From an uncultured Thermoplasmata archaeon (GTDB taxonomy: Archaea > Thermoplasmatota > Thermoplasmata > Lutacidiplasmatales > UBA184), in contig CAWDQO010000005.1 of the NCBI GenBank assembly GCA_963804525.1, positions 543,261-607,260 on the forward strand: a stretch of DNA of 64,000 bases, in the 5' to 3' direction. The position numbers and the translations under genes are program-made. The notes beneath the pieces are model-generated. The model saw nothing but the letters and a program-made list of their open reading frames with translations. It was not told the origin of the DNA and did not search any database. Below are positions 8,764 through 18,394 of this stretch, in pieces. How positions within the stretch are numbered: the stretch's first letter is position 1; each line of letters opens with the position of its first letter.

Positions 8764-9893
8764 GCTCGACCAGCTACCGAATCGTGGCCCTGCCCGGAGA
8801 CGGGACGGGACCCGAGGTGATCCGGGAGGGCCGGAAGGTCCTGGACGCCCTCGGGGAGAACGGACCGGCCCCCTGGACGGTCGACGAGCGTCCGGGCGGC
8901 GCGCAGTACTACCTGAAGACCGGGAAGGAGCTTGACCCGGAGACCCTGACCGCCGCCCGGGACGCCGACGCACTCCTCCTCGGGGCGGTGGGATGGCCCG
9001 GCGCCTCGCTGCCGAACGGGGACATCGCCGGCGCGGCTCTGGTCCTCGGGATGCGCCAGAACCTCGACCTCTATGCGAACGTGCGGCCGTGCAAGCTCTA
9101 CCCGGGCGTGCTCCACCGGATCGGAAAGTCGTACCAATCGGTCTGGCCGCCCGAGCTCGTCGACATGGTGATCATCCGCGAGAACACGGAGGGGCTCTAC
9201 ACCCCGGCCCGCGGCCGGCTGCGCCGCGCCGAGGAGACCGAGGTCGCGATCGACACCCGCGTCATCACCCGGAAAGGGGCCGAGCGGGTCATCCGGTACG
9301 CGTTCGACCTCGCCACCCGGAGGCCTCGCGGCGCGCCGGAGGACGGCGTGAAGCGGGTCACCTGCGTCGACAAGTCGAACGTCCTCGAGGGGTGCCGGTT
9401 CTTCCGGGAGACGTTCGACCGGGTCGCGAAGGACTACCCGACGATCGAGAAGGACTACGCGCTCGTGGATGCGTTCACCCAGTGGCTCGTGCGAAACCCC
9501 GAGCACTACAACGTCGTGGTCTCGACCAACATGATGGGCGACATCATCACCGACCTCGCCAGCGTCCTGCAGGGCGGGATGGGGTTCGCGGCCGGGGGGA
9601 ACATCGGCGACCACCACGCGATGTTCGAGCCGGTCCACGGCAGCGCCCCGAAGTACGCCGGCAAGAACCAGGTGAACCCGTTCGCGACGTTCGCGGCGGT
9701 CGAGATGCTCCTCCGCTGGCTGGGCGAGCGCAACTCCGATACCGCTCTTCTCCGCCAGGCGGACCGTCTGGGAACCGCCGTCGCGACGACGATCGCGGCG
9801 GGGACCGCGCGGACGTACGACCAGGGCGGCCACGTCTCCACGAGCGAGGCCGGCGACCGGGTCGCCGACGCGGTCCGGGCGGTGCCGGCATGA
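8760..9893 (+). CDS. leuB: 3-isopropylmalate dehydrogenase (isocitrate/isopropylmalate dehydrogenase family)
   Basis: YRIVALPGDGTGPEV, NLDLYANVRP, MMGDIITDLAS; ATGA overlap with the leuD stop. Confidence 0.85.
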   Translation: MSSTSYRIVALPGDGTGPEVIREGRKVLDALGENGPAPWTVDERPGGAQYYLKTGKELDPETLTAARDADALLLGAVGWPGASLPNGDIAGAALVLGMRQNLDLYANVRPCKLYPGVLHRIGKSYQSVWPPELVDMVIIRENTEGLYTPARGRLRRAEETEVAIDTRVITRKGAERVIRYAFDLATRRPRGAPEDGVKRVTCVDKSNVLEGCRFFRETFDRVAKDYPTIEKDYALVDAFTQWLVRNPEHYNVVVSTNMMGDIITDLASVLQGGMGFAAGGNIGDHHAMFEPVHGSAPKYAGKNQVNPFATFAAVEMLLRWLGERNSDTALLRQADRLGTAVATTIAAGTARTYDQGGHVSTSEAGDRVADAVRAVPA

Positions 9894-11071
9894 ACCTCGG
9901 ACGGGGGGTCTGCCTCGTCGGCGGAGCGACGACGAAGTTCGGCGTCCGGGCCGCGACCTGGGCGGAGCTCGCGCAGGAGGCCGGCGAGGCACTGTTCCGG
10001 GCCGTGCCGACGCTCACGACCGCCGACGTCGACAGCCTCTTCGTCGGCGCCGCCGAACCCGAGCGGTTCGCCTTCCAATCGCACGTGGCCCCGTTCGCCG
10101 CCGAGCAGATGGGGCTCGCGCCCCGGCGCGTCGTCCAGCGGACCGAGCTCGCCTGCGCCTCGGGCCAGTCGGCGATCCGCTCGGCGTACGCGGCGATCGC
10201 CTCCGGGCTCTCCGACGTCGCCGTCGCGGTCGGCGTCGAGAAGATGAACCTCCCGTCGATGGCGGAGGCGAACGCCTCGATGGCGTGCGTGATGGACCGG
10301 GCGTGGGACGGGGCGCACGGCGCGACCGCCCCGCCGTTCTTCGCGATGGTCGCCCAGCGGCACATGCTCGAGTACGGGACCACCGAGGAGGCGCTCGCGG
10401 CGGTCTCGGAGAAGAACCACAGGTTCGCCAACGCGAACCCGAACGCCCAGTTCGCGGAGAAGACGTTCGACCGCGCGAAGCTCGGACGGCTCCCCCTCGT
10501 CGCGCCTCCGCTCCGGCTCGGCGACTGCTCGTCGATGACCGACGGCGGTGCCGCGGTCGTCCTGGTCGCCGAAGAGCTCGCCAAGAAGTACACGGACCAT
10601 CCGGTCCACGTCCGCGGGACCGGGCAGTATGCCGACTTCCACAACCTCGCGAACGCCGGGTCGCTGACCGACTGGGTCGGCCTGCGCCACGCGGCGCACG
10701 AGGCGTTCCGGTCCGCCGGGATCGGACCCAAGGACCTCGATTTCGCGGAGGTCCACGACTGCTTCACGATCTCCGAGATCGTCGAGTACGAGGCGCTCGG
10801 GCTCTGCCCGCCGGGCGAGGGGGGCCAGTTCGTCCTCGACGGACGGTCGTCGATCGGCGGCGACCTCGCGGTCAACACCCGGGGCGGGCTCCTCGGCTGC
10901 GGCCACCCGCTGGGCGCGACCGGGATCGCCCAGGCGGTCGAGGTCGCCGACCAGTTCGCCCACCGCGTCCCGGCCGCCCGTCAGGTGCCGGACCCGGAAT
11001 GGGCCCTCGTCCACAACCTGAGCGGGAGCGCGAACGTCCACTCGGTCATGATCTACCAGGGGGCCTCGTAG
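9890..11071 (+). CDS. archaeal-type thiolase (acetyl-CoA C-acyltransferase, SCP-x-like)
   Basis: MNLGRGVCLVGGATTKFG, active-site Cys context ELACASGQSAIR, C-terminal GCGHPLGATG; ATGA overlap with the leuB stop. Confidence 0.85.
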   Translation: MNLGRGVCLVGGATTKFGVRAATWAELAQEAGEALFRAVPTLTTADVDSLFVGAAEPERFAFQSHVAPFAAEQMGLAPRRVVQRTELACASGQSAIRSAYAAIASGLSDVAVAVGVEKMNLPSMAEANASMACVMDRAWDGAHGATAPPFFAMVAQRHMLEYGTTEEALAAVSEKNHRFANANPNAQFAEKTFDRAKLGRLPLVAPPLRLGDCSSMTDGGAAVVLVAEELAKKYTDHPVHVRGTGQYADFHNLANAGSLTDWVGLRHAAHEAFRSAGIGPKDLDFAEVHDCFTISEIVEYEALGLCPPGEGGQFVLDGRSSIGGDLAVNTRGGLLGCGHPLGATGIAQAVEVADQFAHRVPAARQVPDPEWALVHNLSGSANVHSVMIYQGAS

Positions 11072-11602
11072 GTGGGCGCCGAGCTCGCCCGCGAGCGACG
11101 GAAGCCTTCGCAGGACGCCGCCACCGAACCGGGGGTCGCTCTCGCGCCCGAGTCCCCGCCGAAGAAGCCGGCGGCGCCTCCCCCGTTCCTCCTCGATTTC
11201 TTTCCCCTCGAAGGAGCCACCCAGACGCGGCTCTCCCCGTTCTTCGACCACCTGCAGTCCGGTCGCCTGACGACGACGAAGTGCCGTCGCGACGGCCAGC
11301 TGAGCTGGCCGCCGCGGGTCGTCTGCCCGAAGTGCCACACCTCCGACCTCGACTGGGTCGACCTCCCGAGGGACGGCCGCGTATACGCGTTCAGCGCCGT
11401 CCTCGTCGGCGCGCCGCTCGGCATGGAGGCCGAGGTTCCGTTCGTCGTCGGACTCGTCGAGCTCGAGGGGGTCCCATTCCGACTCTTCGGTCGGATCGTC
11501 GGGACCTCGTGGGAAGCGTGCCGCGTGGGACAATCGGTCCGGGCCGAACCGTACGACCTTGGCGACGGCCGGGTCTTCTACCGGTTCCGGGTCGTCGGGT
11601 AG
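11072..11602 (+). CDS. DUF35 OB-fold/Zn-ribbon protein (thiolase partner)
   Basis: GTG start immediately after the thiolase stop; Cys cluster C..C..C with OB-fold-like C-terminal half. This family is usually paired with archaeal thiolase and HMG-CoA synthase. Confidence 0.7.
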   Translation: MGAELARERRKPSQDAATEPGVALAPESPPKKPAAPPPFLLDFFPLEGATQTRLSPFFDHLQSGRLTTTKCRRDGQLSWPPRVVCPKCHTSDLDWVDLPRDGRVYAFSAVLVGAPLGMEAEVPFVVGLVELEGVPFRLFGRIVGTSWEACRVGQSVRAEPYDLGDGRVFYRFRVVG

Positions 11603-11711
11603 CGCCGTTCGCTCATCGACCCCGGGAGCGCCGGAACCGGCGCCGCTCCGCCGACAAATCGACCCGCACGACCTTCCGGAGTGGTCCGGGACCTTCGGGG
11701 TCCGGTGGCTA

Positions 11712-11718
11712 TTTATAC
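11712..11718 (+). promoter_or_regulatory. TATA box (ATTTATAC) upstream of aglB
   Basis: AT-rich heptamer 46 nt before the ATG at 11765; the upstream in-frame ATG at 11681 lies 5' of it and is therefore rejected as the start. Confidence 0.5.
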
Positions 11719-11764
11719 GGGGCCTAGGTCTCGCGCCGCGCCGTTATCGGAGAGTCGGCGACCG

Positions 11765-14700
11765 ATGGGATTGCCCGAAACCAGCTGGTGGCGCCGCCAT
11801 GGGTGGACCGTCATCATCCTCCTGGGGGCGTTCTCGATCTCCTTCCTGGTTCGCACGCTCTACGTGATCCCGCTGCTCCAGCAGTATGGCCCGATGAACC
11901 TCTTCGCGGGGGGTTCGGACTCGTTCTACCACTACCGCGTCACCGACTACATCATCCTCAACCACCAGAACCTCGGCCTCGACCTCTCGCTCCACTACCC
12001 GTTCGGGGCCGTCAACCCGCGGGAGCCGCTGTTCGACTGGATGAACGCGATCCTCGGGATCCTGTTCGCCCCGGTGTTCGGCGGGGGCGTCAACGGGGCC
12101 CAGATGGCGGGCGCGTGGTTCCTCGACTTCCAGGCCCCGTTCTGGGCCGCGCTCGGCGTCTTCCCGGTCTACCTGATCGGGAAGGAGGTGAGCTCGCGGA
12201 GGATGGGCCTCGTTGCGGCGCTCCTCTATCCGATCGTCGTGGCGAGCATCGACTCCTCGACGTTCGGGTACGCGAACTATCTCTCGTTCTACACGTTCTT
12301 CATCCTCATCGCCCTCTACGCTTACCTACGGACGGTCAAGGCCGCCGGGAGTCGGCGGTGGGTCGAGGACTACCGCCACCCCCGGCAGTTCTGGCCGGCC
12401 CTCAAATCGTACTATCGTCACGAACGTTCGGCCGTGAAATGGGCGGTGTTCACCGGCGTCGCCTTCGGCACCGTGATGTTGGCCTGGCAGGGGTACTCGT
12501 TCCTCGTCGCCGCAATCGTCGTGTTCCTCGCGATCCAGATGATCATCGAGCGGATCCGGCGCGTCGATTCGTTTGGCCTCTACACGCTGACCTGGCTGGT
12601 CGGGCTGATCGGGTTCCCGATGGCGGTCCCGTACTACTACTTCCAAGGGCTCGGGCGGGTCTGGTTCGACCAGCCGGCGCTCGTCTTCTTCGGGGCCCTC
12701 CTCGTCCTCCTGCCGTTCTTCCTCCTCCGCGACACCCCGTGGGTCGTGTCGGTCCCCGCCCTCATCGGCACCGCCGCGATCGCGATCGGCGCGCTGTTCC
12801 TCCTCGACCCGTCCGATTTCACGGCGATCGTGACGGGGCAGGGGTACTTCGTCAAGACACTCGTGTACTCGACGGTCGCCGAGGCGCAGGCGCCGTCGGT
12901 CGACTCGCTCATCCTTGGCTACGGCGTGGTGACGTTCTTCCTCGCGTTCGTGGGCCTCGCCCTGTACGCTTGGCGTACGGTCCGGGACCGGTTCCGCCGG
13001 GTCCAGGTGATGTTCATCGTCTTCGCGATCCTCTCGATCTACCTCCCGCTCTCGGCCGCCAAGTTCTTCTTCATCGGTTCGGCCGGGTTCGCGCTCCTCC
13101 CCGCCGAGGCGATCGTCCGGGCGCTCGATGTCGGCGGGTTCCCGGCCCTTCGGCGAAACATCACGTCGTTGTCCGACCGGCGGAGCCAGCTCAACGCGTT
13201 CCGGCGGTCGATCAAGGGCCGCCACATCCTCGTGATGGCCCTCGTCGTCGTGATCATGGTCCCGAACGTCTGGTACTCGATCGACGCCGGGATCCCCTAC
13301 AACGACAAGGGGACGTACTCGACCCAGATCTACAACACCCTCCCGCCTCCGCTCCGCGTCGCCCCGGCCAACGCGTCGTCGTTCTACCTCGGCGCGGCCG
13401 GCACGGAGCTTGACACCCCGAACCAGTACAACGAGGCCGGCTACAATTGGCTCGCCACGCAGGATACGCAGCTCGCCGAACCGCAACGTCCGGCGTTCAT
13501 CAGCTGGTGGGATTACGGGTTCCAGGCGGTCGCGGAGGGGGACCATCCCACCGTCGCCGACAATTTCCAGAACGGGATCGACCCCGCGGGGAATTTCCTC
13601 CTCGCGCAGAACGAGTCGAACGCGATCGCCGTGCTCGCCACGACCCTCCTGTCCGCCGAGCAGGCGCGGAGCCACGACCCGTACCTCCCGAGCACCCTCA
13701 ACGGGATCCTCGCCCGGGACGGCGTCAACGTCGCGACGGTCCACAACCTGATGGTGAACACCTCGGCCGACATCCCGATGGTCATCGCTCATCCCGAGCG
13801 GTACCTCCCCGTCGACCCGAACAACCTCGACAGCCAGAACGCGATGTACGACACGATGTCGTACTACCTCGCGACCGCGCTCTCCACCAACGGGGTCGCC
13901 CAGGTGTACAACGACATCCAGGCGTACACGGGCTGGTCGATCCGGTACACCATGGTCGATTCGCGGCTCTTCCCCTTCAGCGGCTCGAACACCGGGATCT
14001 TCTACGCCCCGGCCGACCTCACCGACCGGGTGATCGGGGCGGGGGGCGCGCCGACCGCCTACTACACCCTCTCCGTCCTCGGCTCCGACGGCAACACCTA
14101 CTCCCCCTCCGACGTCCCGGCGGGGGTCACCGCGGTCCAGTACAACATCGACTACCTCCCGGCGTTCTACTCCTCCATGATCTACCGGATCTACGTCGGG
14201 TACAACGGGAGCGACATCGGCGCGTCCAGCCAGGGGATCCCGGGACTGACGAACAACGCCGTCGGGGCCGACCCGGTGGAGCCGGGTTGGATGCTCTCCC
14301 ACTTCCAGGTCGTGTACCGCACGGCGTACGAGTGCCCCCAGGCGAACGCGACGGACGGCTCGAGCTGCTTCTCCGCGTACAACCTGCCCCAGGCGGAGGC
14401 GCTCGCCAAGGCCCAGAACGGCACGGCCGACACCTCGACGAGCTCGTACTTCGGCGGCGGCGAGTCGATGCTCGAGTACTATCCGGGCCAGACGATGACC
14501 GGGACCGTTCAGCTCCCGGACGGCACGCCGGTCTCCGGGGCCCGCGTGACGGTCTACGACAGCTGGGGGATCCCCCACATGACGACCGTGACGGGGTCGA
14601 ACGGCACCTACTCGGTCATCCTCCCGCCGGGCGCCGACCGCGTGAACGTCACGACGGGCGCGCTCGACGGTCTCACCCAGGCGGGCGCGACGACCCTCGC

Positions 14701-17700
14701 GGCCCTCAACGTCACGGTCCCGAACGCGACGGGACTCTCCCTCGACGCCCCCACGATGGTGAGCCCGATCGTGATCCACCCCGCGACGGTGAGCGGGTTC
14801 GTCTACTGGAACACCGCCAACAACTCGACGTTCGTGCGGGCTACCGACCCGGTCCTCTCGGGGGCCGTCGCGACCCTGTATGGCCCGGGGCTCGTCAACC
14901 GGAGCGCGACCACCGACGCGAGCGGAGCGTTCCAGATGCTCGACGTTCCCCCGGGCGTCTACAACTTCACGGTCACCTACCGCGGGGGGTCGTTCAGCGA
15001 GCCGAACGTCTACGCGCTCCCGGGAAAGACGGCGAATGAGACGGTCGGCCTCACCCCGGGGACGCTCAACGGCCACGCGGACTTCTCGAACGGGTTCGGC
15101 GTCGCGAACGCGGCGGTGACCGTCTCGACCGCCGCCGGGCTCTTCACCACCGCCACCGCCGATACCGACGGAAACTTCACCGTCCGGAACCTGCCGCCCG
15201 GCAACTACTCGGTGTCGGTCATGGCCCCGGGAGTCTCGCTCGGCTCCCTCGGGAACGCGATCTCGATCCCGCAGGCCGGTTCGTCGGCCCAACTGAACGT
15301 CACGCTCGTTCCGCTCGTCGCCGTCGACCAGCAGGTCCTCCTGAACGGCAACCCGGTCGCCGGCATCCCGGTCCGGTTCACCGAATTGACGGTTCCCTCG
15401 GCTACCGCCCCCGTGCCGACGAACGCTTCGTCGGCCGCGCCGCCCGGGGCGACCGCCGCCAAGGCGAACAGTTCGGTGTTCCTGACCGGCCCGGATGGTC
15501 TCGTCCGCGCCACCCTCCCCCTCGGGAACTACTCGGTCTACGCCTTCGGGCTCAACGGGACGTCCTGGTACGCGGGATTCTCGACCGCCTACCTGAACGC
15601 CTCCGGCGGGAACTCCCTCCCGCCCGTCGACCTCTCCACCGCCGTCGAACTCTCCGGCTCGGTGAGCGGGTCGCCGTCGACGAGCGCCGGGCCGGCGAGC
15701 ACGGAGGTGACGGTGTTCGACAGCGCCGGGCACCAGGTCTCCACGTTCGCGAACATCACCCAGTCGTACGCGATCTGGCTCCCCGCGGGGCGGTACACGG
15801 TCCTCGCGACGGCGAGCGTGCCGAACTCGACCGCGCCTCCCGTCGTGTTCCTCTCGGCGGTCTCGGTCCCGTACTCGACGACGCTGCCGATCTCCCTCGG
15901 ACCCGGGGAGCTCGTCCGCGGCGTCGTCGCGAGCCCCTCGAGCGTCGGGAGCGCCCCGTACCCGGCCGCGGGCGCGCTCGTGACGGTCACCGAGCTTCCC
16001 ATCAACGCCACGGTCTCGGCCGTGGCCGACGGGAACGGCAACATCACCCTCGCGCTCCCGGCGATCGTCCCGTCCGGCACCTCGTTCTGCGTCGCCGCGA
16101 CCGCGACCGGGTTCCGACCGTATCGGGCGTGCGACTTCACGGCGAGCGAGCTCGCTTCGCTCGGGGAGATTCCCCTCGGGCTCTCCCCGGTCCCGCTGAA
16201 CTTCACCGTCGTCGGCCTGCCGGGCGGAACGAAGGTCACGGTCAACTTCACCGCCCTCACGAGCCCGGCGGAGTCGACCGTGAAGGTCGGTGGCCCGACG
16301 TTCGCGTTCTCGATCGTTCCCGGCAGCTACCGGATCACCGCGTGGGCGAAGTCCCCGAACGGGACCGGTCTCCTGCTCCCCCCGAATTCGCTCAACCTGA
16401 CGATCCCCCTCGGGACGAGGGGGACGAACGTCACGCTCACGATTCTCTCCCAGGTCCGTGCGGTCGGGCATCTCGTCCTGCCCACGGACGTCACCAATAG
16501 CTCGGTCGTCCTCCGGCTGAGCTCGCCGAAGATGAACGTGACCGTCAACGGTGCGACGTTCGAGTCGGGGTTCTTCCTCGCGCCGGGGACGTACGCCGTC
16601 TACGCGACCGCTCCGAACAGCGGCAACGGGACGGTGGCCACGATGACGAGCGTGGTCGTGAACGCGACGGGCCACCTGTCGAAGGCGATCTCGCTCACGA
16701 CGCTCGGTGTCCCCGTCGTCGGCTCGCTCGTGACCGGGACCGGAGCCCCGCTCAACGCGACGGTCGTCCTCAACCTCTCGGGTCCGTCCGGGGTCGCGAC
16801 GCAGGTCACGGCGACCGGCGGCCATTTCGTCCTCACGCTCCCTCCGAACGCGACCTACCCGGTCCGGGCGAACGCCACCGTCCTCCTGCCGGAATCGGGC
16901 GGGACCGCGTACGTCGCACTCTCGGTTGCCCCGACGTTCGTCGGATGCGTCGTCGGAGACGGCGCGAACGCGACCTGCACCGTGCCGTTCGTCACGACGA
17001 CGATCCCGACGCCGGTCGACGGCACGCTGAAGGCCGCGGGGTTCTCCTCCTCCCTCCCCGGCACCGTGGAGTTCATCGGCCCGTACCCGTCGGCGAACGC
17101 CACGTTCGTCAACGCGAGCGCCGGCGCGTTCGCCACGACGCTCCTCCCGGGGAACTATTCGATCTACGCGACCGGGGGCGCCGGAGTTCCGTACGCCAAC
17201 GTTTCCTCCCTCATCGTGACCACGACCGCCGCGCCGTCGCTGACGATCCACCTCCTCCCGACGTGGACCGACGTCGTCACGATCGTCCCCCCGTCGGGTT
17301 CGCTCGCCCAATTCGCCACCCTCTCCATCACCGCCCCGGGGGGAACGGTCGTGCAATTCTCCGGTGAGCCGGCCGGGACGCCCATCCCGGTGGAGCTCCC
17401 CGCGGGATTGTACACGGTCGCGAGCTCAACGACGGGAGTGCCGTACGGGGTCGTGGTCAACGCGACCGCTTCGGTCTCGGTCCCGCTGCTCGACGGAAAT
17501 GCGGCCACGTCGCTCGCGCTCGCCTACGAATTCACCTCGACCGTCGCGTTCACGACCGTCGCCCCCACCACCGTCACCGTTCCCGCCGGTTCGACCGTCA
17601 CGTTCGCGTTCACGATCCGGAACACCGGAAACCAGCCGGAGAACCTGACGTTCCTCGGCAGCCCCGCGTTCTGGAACTTCACCTTCCTCCCGGCGTCGGT

Positions 17701-18394
17701 CCACCTCGGCGTCCTCGGTCGGAACAGCTCGGTCGGCGGCGAGGTCCGGATCATCGTGCCCGCGGGAACCGACACCCTCCAACCCTCGGTCCAGCTGGAG
17801 GCCGTGAACGCCGTCACGCAGGCCCCGGTCGGCTTCGCTCAGCCGGTGCCGACGATCGACATCACCCCGGTCTTGGGCCTCACGCTCGGGGCCGCGACCT
17901 CGGTCGGGGCGGCGGTCGGCCCGTACGAGGCGACGATCCCGTTCTACGTCCAGAATACCGGCAACCTCGTCGAGGGGACGACGCTCACCGTCGTCGACTC
18001 GGCCGCCCTCGCCGCCATCGGCTGGACGGCGGTCATCAACAAGGGGCCGACCCTGGCCCCGGAGCCGAACGAGCTCGCCCCCGGTTCCAACTCGACGTTC
18101 GCGGTCCGGTTGACGTCCCCGCTTCACCAGGCGCTCCCGCCCGGGTCCGTGACGGTCTCGGCGACGGTGAGCAACCTCTCCGGGGGACTCTCGCGCTCGC
18201 TCACCCTCTCCGTGCCGAAGCTCACGGTCGCCCTCAACAATTCGACCGCGCTCGTGACCGGACCGAACCTCGGTTCCCCGAGCCCGTACCCCAGCTGGCT
18301 CGTACCGGTCCTCGTGTTCGTTCCGGCGGCCGCCTTCCTGATCGTCGCGGGCGTCTACCGGTGGATGCGGACCCGCAGGTGGACCCGGCGATGA
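11765..18394 (+). CDS. aglB: oligosaccharyltransferase AglB/STT3 (~700-aa catalytic multi-TM core) fused to a ~1,500-aa C-terminal extension of repeated beta-sandwich (CarboxypepD_reg/Ig-like) domains and a terminal TM helix; 2,209 aa
   Basis: ~13 TM N-terminal domain, WWDYG catalytic motif (ISWWDYGFQA), DK-like motif YNDKGTY. Repeats of type G.V.LPDGTPVSGARVTVYDSWG...GSNGTYSVILPPGADRVNVT. C-terminal anchor WLVPVLVFVPAAAFLIVAGVYRW. No frame breaks over 6.6 kb. Confidence 0.85.
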   Translation: MGLPETSWWRRHGWTVIILLGAFSISFLVRTLYVIPLLQQYGPMNLFAGGSDSFYHYRVTDYIILNHQNLGLDLSLHYPFGAVNPREPLFDWMNAILGILFAPVFGGGVNGAQMAGAWFLDFQAPFWAALGVFPVYLIGKEVSSRRMGLVAALLYPIVVASIDSSTFGYANYLSFYTFFILIALYAYLRTVKAAGSRRWVEDYRHPRQFWPALKSYYRHERSAVKWAVFTGVAFGTVMLAWQGYSFLVAAIVVFLAIQMIIERIRRVDSFGLYTLTWLVGLIGFPMAVPYYYFQGLGRVWFDQPALVFFGALLVLLPFFLLRDTPWVVSVPALIGTAAIAIGALFLLDPSDFTAIVTGQGYFVKTLVYSTVAEAQAPSVDSLILGYGVVTFFLAFVGLALYAWRTVRDRFRRVQVMFIVFAILSIYLPLSAAKFFFIGSAGFALLPAEAIVRALDVGGFPALRRNITSLSDRRSQLNAFRRSIKGRHILVMALVVVIMVPNVWYSIDAGIPYNDKGTYSTQIYNTLPPPLRVAPANASSFYLGAAGTELDTPNQYNEAGYNWLATQDTQLAEPQRPAFISWWDYGFQAVAEGDHPTVADNFQNGIDPAGNFLLAQNESNAIAVLATTLLSAEQARSHDPYLPSTLNGILARDGVNVATVHNLMVNTSADIPMVIAHPERYLPVDPNNLDSQNAMYDTMSYYLATALSTNGVAQVYNDIQAYTGWSIRYTMVDSRLFPFSGSNTGIFYAPADLTDRVIGAGGAPTAYYTLSVLGSDGNTYSPSDVPAGVTAVQYNIDYLPAFYSSMIYRIYVGYNGSDIGASSQGIPGLTNNAVGADPVEPGWMLSHFQVVYRTAYECPQANATDGSSCFSAYNLPQAEALAKAQNGTADTSTSSYFGGGESMLEYYPGQTMTGTVQLPDGTPVSGARVTVYDSWGIPHMTTVTGSNGTYSVILPPGADRVNVTTGALDGLTQAGATTLAALNVTVPNATGLSLDAPTMVSPIVIHPATVSGFVYWNTANNSTFVRATDPVLSGAVATLYGPGLVNRSATTDASGAFQMLDVPPGVYNFTVTYRGGSFSEPNVYALPGKTANETVGLTPGTLNGHADFSNGFGVANAAVTVSTAAGLFTTATADTDGNFTVRNLPPGNYSVSVMAPGVSLGSLGNAISIPQAGSSAQLNVTLVPLVAVDQQVLLNGNPVAGIPVRFTELTVPSATAPVPTNASSAAPPGATAAKANSSVFLTGPDGLVRATLPLGNYSVYAFGLNGTSWYAGFSTAYLNASGGNSLPPVDLSTAVELSGSVSGSPSTSAGPASTEVTVFDSAGHQVSTFANITQSYAIWLPAGRYTVLATASVPNSTAPPVVFLSAVSVPYSTTLPISLGPGELVRGVVASPSSVGSAPYPAAGALVTVTELPINATVSAVADGNGNITLALPAIVPSGTSFCVAATATGFRPYRACDFTASELASLGEIPLGLSPVPLNFTVVGLPGGTKVTVNFTALTSPAESTVKVGGPTFAFSIVPGSYRITAWAKSPNGTGLLLPPNSLNLTIPLGTRGTNVTLTILSQVRAVGHLVLPTDVTNSSVVLRLSSPKMNVTVNGATFESGFFLAPGTYAVYATAPNSGNGTVATMTSVVVNATGHLSKAISLTTLGVPVVGSLVTGTGAPLNATVVLNLSGPSGVATQVTATGGHFVLTLPPNATYPVRANATVLLPESGGTAYVALSVAPTFVGCVVGDGANATCTVPFVTTTIPTPVDGTLKAAGFSSSLPGTVEFIGPYPSANATFVNASAGAFATTLLPGNYSIYATGGAGVPYANVSSLIVTTTAAPSLTIHLLPTWTDVVTIVPPSGSLAQFATLSITAPGGTVVQFSGEPAGTPIPVELPAGLYTVASSTTGVPYGVVVNATASVSVPLLDGNAATSLALAYEFTSTVAFTTVAPTTVTVPAGSTVTFAFTIRNTGNQPENLTFLGSPAFWNFTFLPASVHLGVLGRNSSVGGEVRIIVPAGTDTLQPSVQLEAVNAVTQAPVGFAQPVPTIDITPVLGLTLGAATSVGAAVGPYEATIPFYVQNTGNLVEGTTLTVVDSAALAAIGWTAVINKGPTLAPEPNELAPGSNSTFAVRLTSPLHQALPPGSVTVSATVSNLSGGLSRSLTLSVPKLTVALNNSTALVTGPNLGSPSPYPSWLVPVLVFVPAAAFLIVAGVYRWMRTRRWTRR

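Noticed and set aside
12326-17356. 1,676-aa minus-strand ORF antisense to aglB (and similar giants: 5671-8973 minus, 6387-9893 plus, 19481-22129 minus, 26406-28970 N-terminal part, 41991-44219 plus).
   Set aside because: Translations are Arg/Gly/Pro/Asp low-complexity with no motifs. They are the expected stop-free antisense or off-frame artefacts of ~70% GC coding DNA, and each lies opposite or offset from a strongly supported gene.
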